Assembly: GCA_013287605.1 (NCBI GenBank) | Contig: JABDDM010000002.1 | Coordinates: 1,145-65,144 of the forward strand | Origin: Ignavibacteria bacterium | GTDB taxonomy: Bacteria; Bacteroidota; Ignavibacteria; Palsa-1295 | Length of the DNA: 64,000 nt | Reading direction: 5' to 3' | Part shown: positions 55,181 to 64,000 of the stretch, in pieces | Layout: every line of letters begins with the position of its first letter | Numbering within the stretch: the stretch's first letter is position 1 | The notes under the pieces: model-generated | Database searches by the model: none | What the model was told of the DNA's origin: nothing | Seen by the model: the letters and a program-made list of their open reading frames with translations, nothing else | Made by a program: the position numbers and the translations under genes

Positions 55181-56815
55181 TCAGCGTGTGGTACTATCTC
55201 TTACATTGCGATAAATCTCGAAATCGTGGAGGGTTGTATCGTATTGGTAGTTTGTGGTGAGGAAAGTGTCGAATTTGGGAATTTCATGCATCAAAACATT
55301 TGGCGGCTGGGAAAGAAAATTCAGGAAGCTCTTGTGCTCCCTTGCGAGGACGATGTATTTCGGGAGCACCGCTGTGAGGGAATCTACAAACTCCTTTCGC
55401 CAATTGAGCTGGTAATCAGTGAATCCGCCTTCGCCCCGATGCATCACAAGCGGGAAGATCATTGTAAATCTTGTAGCTGGTTCACGTTCCGATTTCCAAA
55501 TGAACTCGGGGTTTTCGCTGCATAACTCGACTCGGTCGGTCGTTACTGTGCGTGAAAGGATATAGTTTGTCAATGCTAGATTTTGCACATTGTCGCGATG
55601 ATAAAATGTCGAGAACTGGTTGTGCACGTATTCAACCGTTGGGCCAGGTTGAGTCATCCCATCAACGAACCACTGCAATACTCGCCAGGGGAACGTTGCA
55701 AAAAGGAAAAGCACAATGACAGCCCAAAGCACGATCGTGCGAGTGCTTTTTTGTTTGATGAGTGGTACCGCTATATCCAATAAAAATGCGAGAAGAATAC
55801 TTGTAAGTATCAGCAGCATCTCATAGTGATGCCGGAAGAACTTGCCCATCACCAGAATGCTCACTCGTGCTGCAACGTAATAAGCGATAAACAGGTAGCG
55901 ATCAAATCGATCGAAGCCGGTTACGTTGTGGAATCCTCGATTCGTTGAATGCTTCTTAAGTGCGAAATAGATAATGAGGAAGACCAGCAGAACTGCGTCA
56001 ACGAAGAGCTCGGCTCCTTGGTAAAATGCCTCAGTCAACGGAGACCGGTATCTGCTGCTGCCGTAGATATCGATGTTGAATCGAATCGTAGCGAGATAGA
56101 GTGCATTGAGCGCGCCGGGCTTCGATGCGAATGGCAAGATGACGGCCGCAATTAATATCAATGAGCCGAGGAGAAAAGCGGCCACTCGTTTGGGCGCACC
56201 GGGCAGAGGCAATTTCCACAGTGCGACAGCGATGATGACAGCGAACAATCCATATGTCGGCCTGACCCAGCATGCGCATGCTGCGAAGACTCCAATTACA
56301 ACGCAAGTAAAGATATCTCCAGTTTGCGGCTGATTGCTTATTGCTCTGTCTTTGATTCGATAGAGAAGCATCGTGACCACAAGTGTAAAGAACGCGGCAA
56401 ATCCCTCGCGTTGACCCGTACTCCCGTCGCCTCCGCTGATGTAGAGAAGACACAATACGATTGAAACGATAAATGCAGTACGCGGCGAAGTCCAACGGAT
56501 AACCAATCGATAAAGCATGAGCACTATCCCGACATGGACGATGATGTCGAGTATCCGAAAACCAGTGTCGGTATTTCCAAAAAGAAGAATCGCCAGCGAA
56601 TGGATAAAGACAATTCCCGGGAAATTCATATCCCATGAGCCTACATACGGAAGCCGGTGGAATTGGACCAACTGCACGGCCATCGTTTGATAGACACTTT
56701 GGTCCATTGTGAATGGGTAAAGCGCGGTGACAAGAAGCAGCAGAAACGCTGTGAGTCCGGTGAGAACGAAGAACTTGCGATTCGGATCTCTAATGATGCT
56801 TTCGTAAAGGCTCAA
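55181..56815 (-). CDS. polytopic membrane protein, possibly a GT-C-fold (ArnT/PMT-like) glycosyltransferase
   Basis: 544 aa with about 12 TM helices. The first periplasmic loop is Asp-rich, as in GT39/GT83 enzymes. Weak assignment. Confidence 0.45.
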   Translation of the reverse strand: MSLYESIIRDPNRKFFVLTGLTAFLLLLVTALYPFTMDQSVYQTMAVQLVQFHRLPYVGSWDMNFPGIVFIHSLAILLFGNTDTGFRILDIIVHVGIVLMLYRLVIRWTSPRTAFIVSIVLCLLYISGGDGSTGQREGFAAFFTLVVTMLLYRIKDRAISNQPQTGDIFTCVVIGVFAACACWVRPTYGLFAVIIAVALWKLPLPGAPKRVAAFLLGSLILIAAVILPFASKPGALNALYLATIRFNIDIYGSSRYRSPLTEAFYQGAELFVDAVLLVFLIIYFALKKHSTNRGFHNVTGFDRFDRYLFIAYYVAARVSILVMGKFFRHHYEMLLILTSILLAFLLDIAVPLIKQKSTRTIVLWAVIVLFLFATFPWRVLQWFVDGMTQPGPTVEYVHNQFSTFYHRDNVQNLALTNYILSRTVTTDRVELCSENPEFIWKSEREPATRFTMIFPLVMHRGEGGFTDYQLNWRKEFVDSLTAVLPKYIVLAREHKSFLNFLSQPPNVLMHEIPKFDTFLTTNYQYDTTLHDFEIYRNVRDSTTR

Positions 56816-56974
56816 AAAGGATTGCTATATGGTGATTGCGGAAAGGCATTTTGGACAAACGTGCGACGCATCAGAAGAATGCTGCCACTACTGAGAAACC
56901 AACCATCGATTGTTCGAGACGAGACCTGAACCACTGCAGGTGTTATATTTCCTCAACTTCACCGAACGCTTTGT

Positions 56975-57982
56975 ATGCTCAACAAGATCTGGTTAGGGCT
57001 TATTGTTATCGCAGTCGTTGTCGCATTGGGGCGCGACATCACCGAACTTGCGAACGATCGCTTTCGAAACGATTCACCAATCATGCTCACGGCTGAGAAG
57101 GGTCTTACTATCGCCGGGCCGAATCATTATACAGCGAAAGCCATCATTACAAAGCGCACGCTTACCGATCTCTACGGAAAGCACGAGACCGATTCGCTCA
57201 AGGCTGACACCCTCCTTGCGCCAGTTGATCTTGTAACAACTTCAACGAAAGCCATCGGAACTGCAACGATCACACTTCCCGACGGCTCGCCGGCAATTCT
57301 CACCGATATTGCCGCCGCGAATGGCGATGCGACGAAGCTAACCGGGAGGGCACAATGGACGATCTCGGATTCGACGCACACGGCGGTGCTTCGATTCACC
57401 CCGCTGCCTGTTCATTTCCGCATCATGTCGAAAGTCACGAATGAAGGCATTCTCAAAATGGCCGACACTGCTGTCACGATCGCGCTTGGTCTAATCGGCG
57501 TTATGACGTTATGGCTTGGAATTATGCGGATCGCCGAGGCGGGAGGGCTTGTCACACTCGTCGCTAAAGCAGTAAAGCCTATCATGGTGCGGCTATTCCC
57601 CGATGTTCCACCAGAGCACCCAGCGATGGGCGCGATGGTCATGAACCTTGCCGCCAACTTTCTTGGGTTGAGCAACGCTGCAACGCCGCTCGGGCTGAAG
57701 GCAATGGAAGAACTCAATAAGTTGAATCCCGTCGCTGGCACTGCAACAAACGCGATGTGCATGTTCCTGACGATCAATACGACGGCACTCACCCTAGTCC
57801 CTGCGACGGTGATCGCGATTCGGCTTTCGCTTGGATCAAAGGATCCGTCAGAGATCATCATGCCCACCTTCCTCGCGACGCTCGTAAGTCTCATCCTCGG
57901 CGTCTTGTTTACAAGAATGATCGAACGCTTCTACCCTTTCCCCTCCCCAACTGGGAATGAAGAACTAAGCAATCAACACTAA
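56975..57982 (+). CDS. nucleoside-recognition (Gate) domain membrane protein, SpmA-like
   Basis: Gate-domain hydrophobic core (…TIALGLIGVMTLWLGIMRIAE…). Paired with a downstream SpmB-like gene. Confidence 0.55.
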   Translation: MLNKIWLGLIVIAVVVALGRDITELANDRFRNDSPIMLTAEKGLTIAGPNHYTAKAIITKRTLTDLYGKHETDSLKADTLLAPVDLVTTSTKAIGTATITLPDGSPAILTDIAAANGDATKLTGRAQWTISDSTHTAVLRFTPLPVHFRIMSKVTNEGILKMADTAVTIALGLIGVMTLWLGIMRIAEAGGLVTLVAKAVKPIMVRLFPDVPPEHPAMGAMVMNLAANFLGLSNAATPLGLKAMEELNKLNPVAGTATNAMCMFLTINTTALTLVPATVIAIRLSLGSKDPSEIIMPTFLATLVSLILGVLFTRMIERFYPFPSPTGNEELSNQH

Positions 57983-57997
57983 GACCTCCCCATAAGC

Positions 57998-58540
57998 ATG
58001 GACTTATTTCTTACGATCGTCAAGCTTCTTTCCAATCTCGCGATACCGCTGTTGATCTTTGTGATTGTCGCTATCGCTGCGATTCGCAAGGTGAAAGTGT
58101 ACGAAGAATTTGTTGATGGGGCAAAAGAGGGTTTCCAGGTAGCGATCAGGATCATCCCTTACCTGGTCGCGATGCTCGTTGCCATCGGGATGTTTCGCGC
58201 TTCTGGCGCGATGGATTTTCTGACATCGGCGCTCAGTCCGATCACCAATGCCATCGGATTTCCAAGTGAGTTGTTCCCACTCGCTGTTGTCCGAAATCTT
58301 TCAGGTTCCGGTTCGCTCGGACTCATGACCGACATTGTCAAAACACACGGGCCGGATTCATTCATCGGCAGGCTCGCCTCGACAATGATGGGAAGCCACG
58401 AAACAACCTTCTACGTGCTCGCTGTCTACTTCGGCTCTGTGGGCGTCAAGCGAGTGCGCCATGCTGCCATCGCAGGGATCTTGGCGGATATTGTCAGCGT
58501 GATCGCGAGCGTGATCCTGGTTAGAATGTTGTTTAGATAA
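57998..58540 (+). CDS. spore-maturation-protein-B-like (SpmB) nucleoside-recognition domain protein
   Basis: 180 aa. MDLFLTIVKLLSNLAIPLLIF… and …SFIGRLASTMMGSHETTFYVLAVYFGSVG… resemble SpmB. Confidence 0.65.
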   Translation: MDLFLTIVKLLSNLAIPLLIFVIVAIAAIRKVKVYEEFVDGAKEGFQVAIRIIPYLVAMLVAIGMFRASGAMDFLTSALSPITNAIGFPSELFPLAVVRNLSGSGSLGLMTDIVKTHGPDSFIGRLASTMMGSHETTFYVLAVYFGSVGVKRVRHAAIAGILADIVSVIASVILVRMLFR

Positions 58541-58569
58541 GCGCGCTCCAATTTTCTTCTTGCAACCTA

Positions 58570-58938
58570 TTGACAGATGAGCTTGCATTCTCTATATTTG
58601 TCAATCTCACGCCGTCGACCACGTTTCTTACTTTCGCCGCTAACATGCTCCACCGAAAGGGCCTCATTTTTTGGGCTGGTTTCCTCGCCTTGCTCGTCTG
58701 CGTGCTTTATCCGCCCTATCACCGCGTCCGCTGGGACAAAGGACAACGATATGAATCCGATGTACACTACGAATCCATCTTCGAGCGAACCCTCGATGAG
58801 CAGGGTCCCTTTGATCCAATCTATAAACTCGACGTTCCCCGCTTCTCCATTCAGGCTGCGGCGATCATTATTCTCACGTTTGCTGGCAGCAGGGTGAAAT
58901 CAAGAAAGAAGAAAGGGTCGTCTCAATCACTCGAGTAG
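58570..58938 (+). CDS. hypothetical small membrane protein
   Basis: 122 aa with two hydrophobic helices. Confidence 0.4.
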   Translation: MTDELAFSIFVNLTPSTTFLTFAANMLHRKGLIFWAGFLALLVCVLYPPYHRVRWDKGQRYESDVHYESIFERTLDEQGPFDPIYKLDVPRFSIQAAAIIILTFAGSRVKSRKKKGSSQSLE

Positions 58939-58947
58939 ACAGCCCGG

Positions 58948-60996
58948 TTATTCCTCAGCGATAACCCAGCCTTCAGCGAATTCGGATTCTACGAGGCCGT
59001 CGATAAAGCGGCTGGGTTTGGAGAGTACGATTCCAGCTTCGCGGTCGTAGAGGTTGGTTGGATACGTGATGATGAGATGTTCTTTGGCGCGAGTGCTTGC
59101 GACATACATGAGTCGTCGTTCTTCTTCGAGCGAATCGGGATCATTCGCCGAAGCGATACTTGGAAAACGGCCGTCCAGGCAATTTGTGATGATAACGGTG
59201 TTCCATTCAAGTCCTTTTGCGGAATGAATGGTCGAGAGCGTTAGGATCTCGTCTTCTTTCGGCGCGTCTTCGGAGCCGGCAAGCGATTCTGTTGGAGGTT
59301 CGAGTGAAAGATCGCTCAAGAGCGATTGCATCGATTGATAGCGATCGGTGATGAGTTGGAACGTCTCAAGATCTTTTTCGCGCTTCTGGTAGTCGTCGTA
59401 CTTCCTGCGCAAGAGTGGTTTGTAGAACTGGATCAGTTGTTCGGTTTTCTCGGCCGGCAGTGAATCTTCGCGACTCGCCATCTTGAGCGCCCCGAAAAGC
59501 TCCATCACTTTTTGCGGAATTCCCATATCGGGCGCGGGCTCCATGCCCGTTACAACCTCATCCGTGAAGCGCTTGAGGGAGACTTTGTCATTGAGGATGT
59601 CCTGCACGATTTTCTCAGCCGATCTCGGTCCGACGCCATCCTGCAACAAGAGAATTCGATACCAGCTCACCGCGTCTTTCGGATTATGAATGACGCGCAG
59701 CATCGCAGTAAGATCCTTGATATGAGCGGTTTCGATGAACTTCATCCCGCCGAATTTCTGGAAGGGAATGTTGGCGCGCTGCAACTCGAGTTCAAGATCG
59801 AACGACATGTAGCCCGAGCGAAACAGCACGGCAATATCCTCAAGCTTTGCTCCCTGCTCGCGGAATTCCAATATCTTCTCTACGACGTACACCGACTGTT
59901 GGTGCTCGTTCTCCGCGCAGACGACTTGCGGCAGTTCATCGGAAGTCATACGAGAGAAAAGCGTCTTTTCATAGCGCTCGCTCGCGAGTGAGATAATACG
60001 ATTTGTCAGCGCAAGAATCGGCTGTGTCGAGCGGTAGTTCTCTTCCAGACGAATGATCCGAGCACCCGGAAACAGATCAGGAAATTCAAAAATGTTCTTC
60101 ACATCAGCACCGCGAAAGCGATAGATCGATTGCGCATCGTCGCCAACGACCATTACGTTCGCTTGTGTAGGTTCGCGACTTGACGAAAGCCGCTCGATGA
60201 CGCGCGCCTGCAATCGGTTGACATCCTGGTACTCATCGACCATGATATACTTATACTTCTTCGTGACGGCCGCGCGAACTTCGGAGCTCGATTCGAGCAG
60301 GACGACGAGATTGGTGATGAGGTCGTCGTAGTCCATCACATTCGCTCGGCGCTTGTAGTCGTCGTAGCGTGTGAGAAGTCGAGTGATGTTCTCAGTCTCT
60401 TCGATAAAGTGGGGATAATCCTGCTCGATGACTTCATCGAGCGACGCCATCCGGCTAAGCTGCAGCGAATGCATCGCGAGGAGCGTACCCTTTCGCGGGA
60501 AGCGCTTCTTACTGGCCGCGAGACCAAGCTGTGTGCGCAGAAGATTGATCACATCTTCCGAATCGCCCTGATCGAGTATAGAGAAATTCTGATTGTAGCC
60601 GATGACGGGCGAATACTTGCGAAGCGTAAGATTCGCGAACGCATGGAAGGTACCGCCGGAAACGTCCTCGGCTTTAGTGTCATGCAGGAGCATTGCTGCA
60701 CGACGCAGCATCTCTTTTGCGGAGCGGCGAGTAAACGTAAGCAAGAGAATGCTCTTCGGATCGACGCCCATTTCCACGAGACGGGCAACGCGATAGGTCA
60801 GCGTGCGAGTTTTACCGGTACCTGCTCCTGCAATGACTAGCGCTGGACCATCGACATGCCGCACCGCATCAAGCTGTCCCGGATTTAACTCGCGCTCGTA
60901 GTTGACCTTGAACCGCGATTCGTCAACGCGTGAAAGATCCGTCGTTCGTTTGAGAACGAATCGCTTCGGTTGAACGGCTGGACTATTCTCACCCAT
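58948..60996 (-). CDS. uvrD: ATP-dependent DNA helicase, UvrD/PcrA family
   Basis: …LNPGQLDAVRHVDGPALVIAGAGTGKTRTL… (motifs Ia/I), …IMVDEYQDVN… (II), …VGDDAQSIYRFRGA… (III), …TIHSAKGLEW…, …YVASTRAKEHL… (VI). Confidence 0.85.
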   Translation of the reverse strand: MGENSPAVQPKRFVLKRTTDLSRVDESRFKVNYERELNPGQLDAVRHVDGPALVIAGAGTGKTRTLTYRVARLVEMGVDPKSILLLTFTRRSAKEMLRRAAMLLHDTKAEDVSGGTFHAFANLTLRKYSPVIGYNQNFSILDQGDSEDVINLLRTQLGLAASKKRFPRKGTLLAMHSLQLSRMASLDEVIEQDYPHFIEETENITRLLTRYDDYKRRANVMDYDDLITNLVVLLESSSEVRAAVTKKYKYIMVDEYQDVNRLQARVIERLSSSREPTQANVMVVGDDAQSIYRFRGADVKNIFEFPDLFPGARIIRLEENYRSTQPILALTNRIISLASERYEKTLFSRMTSDELPQVVCAENEHQQSVYVVEKILEFREQGAKLEDIAVLFRSGYMSFDLELELQRANIPFQKFGGMKFIETAHIKDLTAMLRVIHNPKDAVSWYRILLLQDGVGPRSAEKIVQDILNDKVSLKRFTDEVVTGMEPAPDMGIPQKVMELFGALKMASREDSLPAEKTEQLIQFYKPLLRRKYDDYQKREKDLETFQLITDRYQSMQSLLSDLSLEPPTESLAGSEDAPKEDEILTLSTIHSAKGLEWNTVIITNCLDGRFPSIASANDPDSLEEERRLMYVASTRAKEHLIITYPTNLYDREAGIVLSKPSRFIDGLVESEFAEGWVIAEE

Positions 60997-61054
60997 ATGA
61001 TTAAGAACGATTGCGATAGGTGCCTATCATCTGCCGAGCAAGATAGTCACAATA

Positions 61055-62359
61055 TCAAGCCCCCAGCAAATCTTTTGCAGCTTCGATGAACTTGTCAACA
61101 TCCTCCATCGAAGAGTAAATATGAAGGCTCAGCCTGTTGGCATCAAGTTTTGATTCGTGCACGACACGTGTGCGAACTTTGTGCTTCGACATCAACTTGT
61201 TCGCAAAATCCTGGCAGTCTCTTCCTTCAAGTTTGATCGTTGTCAGCCCTGTGATCGAAGTTGCAGGTGTCAGATAGTGGAAGCGGTCGCCGAGTGCTTC
61301 ATGTAATTGCGTTCGCATATAGCTTGTCAGGTGCTGAATGCGTGATTCGATCTTGTCGAACCCGATCGCTGACATCCAGTCGATCGCCGCATGCAGGCCG
61401 TCGAAGAGCGCAAAGTTTTGCGTCGCAAAGTCGTAGCGCGATGCTGTCGGAAGAAAATCGAGCTTGCCGTCGTAACCCCAGTACTTATCCGCTTCAGCAC
61501 CTGACCATGTTGGCAGCACATGCTGCATGAAGGCATCGGTGATATAGAGGAAGCCGATCCCTTTCGGCCCGCAGAGCCATTTATGACCGCAGCTTGTGTA
61601 CGCGTCGACGCCAAGATCCTTCACATTTAATTGCATCATCCCAGGCGGATGCGCACCATCTGCCATCACCCAAATATTTTTTTCGTGAGCAAGCTTGCTA
61701 ATCTCTTTGATCGGAAGCACCTGCCCTGTTGTACACGTAACATGCGGCACCGCGATCACGCGTGTGCGAGCAGTGATGAGTTCATTGATACGATTGAGGA
61801 CAGTCGCATCGTCAGGCGCGAGCGTTACGAACTTGACGACAATTCCATCTCGCTTCGCACGTGCAAGCCAGGGAATTGCATTGCCGGCATGTTCCTGATC
61901 GGATAGGATGACTTCATCTCCCGCCTTCATTTCGACGCCCGAGGCGACGATGGAAATGGCTTCGCTGACATTATGCGTGTACGCGATCTCATCGCCACTT
62001 GCTGCGCCGACAACAAGAGCGATCGCCTTGCGGAGTCCCTCGTAGTCACCGCCGTAATCACCGGTCGAGTCGACATACTCGATCCGCTTCGTCACTCGTT
62101 CGGTCACTTCGCGCGGGCTTGGTCCCATGGTGCCGTTGTTCATATAGATCAACTGGCGCGTGATCGGATAATGTTTGCGGATTGTGTTCCAATAGGCTTC
62201 GTCAGTGGCAAGCGTCAACGCATCCGATGTAGAGTGCAGATCTGGCTGCACGGATGCAACAAATTGTTTCTTTAGTAGCTCGGTGGCAACGGGCGATACA
62301 AGGCTCATAGTTAAGAATGTTCTGCGGTCCATGAATAAATGGGGCAATGACAGCTTCAA
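61055..62359 (-). CDS. class V aminotransferase-fold PLP-dependent enzyme with a Tat-type signal peptide
   Basis: N-terminal DRRTFLTMSLVS (twin-arginine). …SCGHKWLCGPKGIGFLYI… (PLP-Lys context), as in isopenicillin-N-epimerase or cysteine-desulfurase-like enzymes. Confidence 0.7.
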   Translation of the reverse strand: MKLSLPHLFMDRRTFLTMSLVSPVATELLKKQFVASVQPDLHSTSDALTLATDEAYWNTIRKHYPITRQLIYMNNGTMGPSPREVTERVTKRIEYVDSTGDYGGDYEGLRKAIALVVGAASGDEIAYTHNVSEAISIVASGVEMKAGDEVILSDQEHAGNAIPWLARAKRDGIVVKFVTLAPDDATVLNRINELITARTRVIAVPHVTCTTGQVLPIKEISKLAHEKNIWVMADGAHPPGMMQLNVKDLGVDAYTSCGHKWLCGPKGIGFLYITDAFMQHVLPTWSGAEADKYWGYDGKLDFLPTASRYDFATQNFALFDGLHAAIDWMSAIGFDKIESRIQHLTSYMRTQLHEALGDRFHYLTPATSITGLTTIKLEGRDCQDFANKLMSKHKVRTRVVHESKLDANRLSLHIYSSMEDVDKFIEAAKDLLGA

Positions 62360-62427
62360 AGAGAACCGAGATTGAACCAGAAAACATTCAGACGGCGATC
62401 TGAATGAGAAACCCTATGGCATGGAGA

Positions 62428-63000
62428 TCAGTACAGACGCACGCCTGAGGACTTGGGAAGATACAACGGCTGTCGAAACAGCGGGTGATGCACGAAAAAC
62501 ACTTGATCGTTTTCGCCAAAGAGGTTAAGCTCGTCACCTTTGTCAGCGTGCGTCGCCGTTTCGCGGGTGGTCGAATCCGAGTACAGAATCGAGAATTGCG
62601 TTACAAGTACTCTTCCAACGAGCGGTGTCGTGATTTTAAAGAATTCTTCAGCTTCTTTTTTCGATCGCTGTTTCAGTACAACGATCGTGTCAAGCCCCCG
62701 GCCTTGCACATGCAATCTTGCTGAGAGCATGAAGTTCGCCTCAGGTAAATGGAGATGGACGGTACCGAGGGAATCGACACTGGCTTCGGAAGGCGGTTCG
62801 ATGATGTTGCAGTTCAGGCAATCGACGTCCACCGATCCCGGGTGCTCTCGGCCCGCAGTTGTGTCAGTCTGTCGAAGGCTGAATTCGATGGCATCCGCCT
62901 TCCAGTGAATGTCGCTCACGTTGAAGAAACTTGCTTCACGAGCACATCCGAATAAGAACACGCACGAGAACATTCCGAGAAATCGGAGCCCAACACTCAT
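62428..63000 (-). CDS. hypothetical lipoprotein
   Basis: Signal plus lipobox (…FLFGCAR). 190 aa. Confidence 0.45.
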   Translation of the reverse strand: MSVGLRFLGMFSCVFLFGCAREASFFNVSDIHWKADAIEFSLRQTDTTAGREHPGSVDVDCLNCNIIEPPSEASVDSLGTVHLHLPEANFMLSARLHVQGRGLDTIVVLKQRSKKEAEEFFKITTPLVGRVLVTQFSILYSDSTTRETATHADKGDELNLFGENDQVFFVHHPLFRQPLYLPKSSGVRLY

Positions 63001-63677
63001 GGAGCTATCTGAACAGCATCAGCGTCGACAAATCCTTCTACTTCATCGAGAACGACCGAATACATGTCGCCCTCTTTCGCAAGATACGGCAGAGTTGCTC
63101 CCTTTGGAAGGATCCTGAGGACTTCACGCTTGGACTTGTCTTTGTAGACTGCGACCCCTTCGTTCGCTGTGACCTTCAGCATCGTAGCCTTCTTGGTCGT
63201 TACTACTTTCGTATCGGTCGTTGCCTTTTTTGCTTCATGATGCGAAGGCGTCGTTTGATGCCGAGGCGCAACGGCCCCTGCTACTGGCTCCTTGTCAAGA
63301 AGATCTTCAGCGTCAAGCGTATAGGTCGTGTCGAGCATCTGACGATGATAGACCGAGAACTTCATGCTTGGCGAAGCATCCGTGCTCAGATAGGCATTGT
63401 TTCGGTCCTGAAAGCGGAGTGTGACGCGGTCCTTATTCTGGTAACACTCAGTACATTCGACAACAACAGAGTCATCGGCTGGCGACCAGTGCGCGCTGTG
63501 TTGCGGGTCGAGCTCAACGCGAACGCTATCACTATACCGGCTAAAGAGCAGGCGCGCATGCTCACGTGAACCTGTACATGCCGCCAGCGTACACGCACAC
63601 GACAAGATCAACAGCAGCCAACTCACTGTCTTCTCCTTAGGTACCATGATCAACCTTCCTGTTACAAAACTCAACAT
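62997..63677 (-). CDS. hypothetical lipoprotein with a C-terminal SH3-like domain
   Basis: Lipobox LAACTGS. C-terminal …VTANEGVAVYKDKSKREVLRILPKGATLPYLAKEGDMYSVVLDEVEGFV… resembles bacterial SH3 (SH3b). Confidence 0.45.
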   Translation of the reverse strand: MLSFVTGRLIMVPKEKTVSWLLLILSCACTLAACTGSREHARLLFSRYSDSVRVELDPQHSAHWSPADDSVVVECTECYQNKDRVTLRFQDRNNAYLSTDASPSMKFSVYHRQMLDTTYTLDAEDLLDKEPVAGAVAPRHQTTPSHHEAKKATTDTKVVTTKKATMLKVTANEGVAVYKDKSKREVLRILPKGATLPYLAKEGDMYSVVLDEVEGFVDADAVQIAP

Positions 63678-63686
63678 TCATTTGCA

Positions 63687-63890
63687 TTACGGCAGAGGCG
63701 CCAGATAATTATCAATCTTGAACGTATCACGATCATTGAACGTCTGCAGCAACTTCCCTTTGCGCCATTTATTGTCGACTTTGAAGTATCCATATACCCC
63801 ACGCGCGAATTGCACGCTATCGAGTGTCAGCACATGTTCTACACTTGGATAGGAGCGTAAGCCCAAGCCGTTTGCGATCGCATCATCCAA
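63687..63890 (-). CDS. hypothetical protein; the gene may extend beyond the window edge
   Basis: The minus-strand ORF continues toward the right window boundary, so only the C-terminal part is visible. Confidence 0.25.
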   Translation of the reverse strand: MDDAIANGLGLRSYPSVEHVLTLDSVQFARGVYGYFKVDNKWRKGKLLQTFNDRDTFKIDNYLAPLP

Positions 63891-64000
63891 TTGGGTTCGA
63901 GAATCAAATTTATTTGGTGCGACAAAAAGTTGTTCCGGCTCCTGCAGCTTAATGACAACCGTCGACTTTGATTCTGGCGTTTGACGCCTGGATGTATCCA

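Overview
This 64 kb window is a chromosomal segment from a Gram-negative bacterium, probably of the Fibrobacteres-Chlorobi-Bacteroidetes (FCB) group. The evidence is three large secreted proteins that carry type IX secretion (T9SS) C-terminal sorting domains. GC content is moderate, about 50-55% by eye. Most of the window is ordinary core genome. Housekeeping genes I recognise are ribE, aat, ssb, dapD, iscS/nifS-like, ppx, prmA, nadA, ygfZ, hmgA, a UvrD/PcrA helicase, a rhomboid protease, an ECF sigma factor, a LOG-family protein and several SDR oxidoreductases. One tRNA-Val(CAC) lies on the minus strand at about 29.0 kb. There are no rRNA genes and no CRISPR arrays. Two regions look accessory. 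The first runs from about 16.2 to 21.5 kb and holds an IS1595-family transposase, an XRE HTH regulator, a tRNA-like 3' fragment, a DUF2158 protein and an Ntn-hydrolase-like protein. The second runs from about 45.6 to 50.1 kb and holds a compact UvrD-like helicase plus a T5orf172/MUG113 (GIY-YIG-like) domain protein; I think this two-gene pair is a candidate anti-phage defense module. Both islands are bordered by the same two unusual repeat families. One is a roughly 105 bp MITE-like element whose ends are 26-nt palindromic units (TCCCGC-N4-GCGGGA cores). The other is a set of arrays of the heptamer CTGTTCC/GGGAACAG. A four-gene envelope operon at 0.9-7.2 kb encodes a membrane-anchored protein, two predicted outer-membrane proteins and a vWA-OmpA protein, all without assignable function. 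Three rho-independent terminators are called. All calls rest on reading the sequence and recalling protein-family motifs; no database searches were run.
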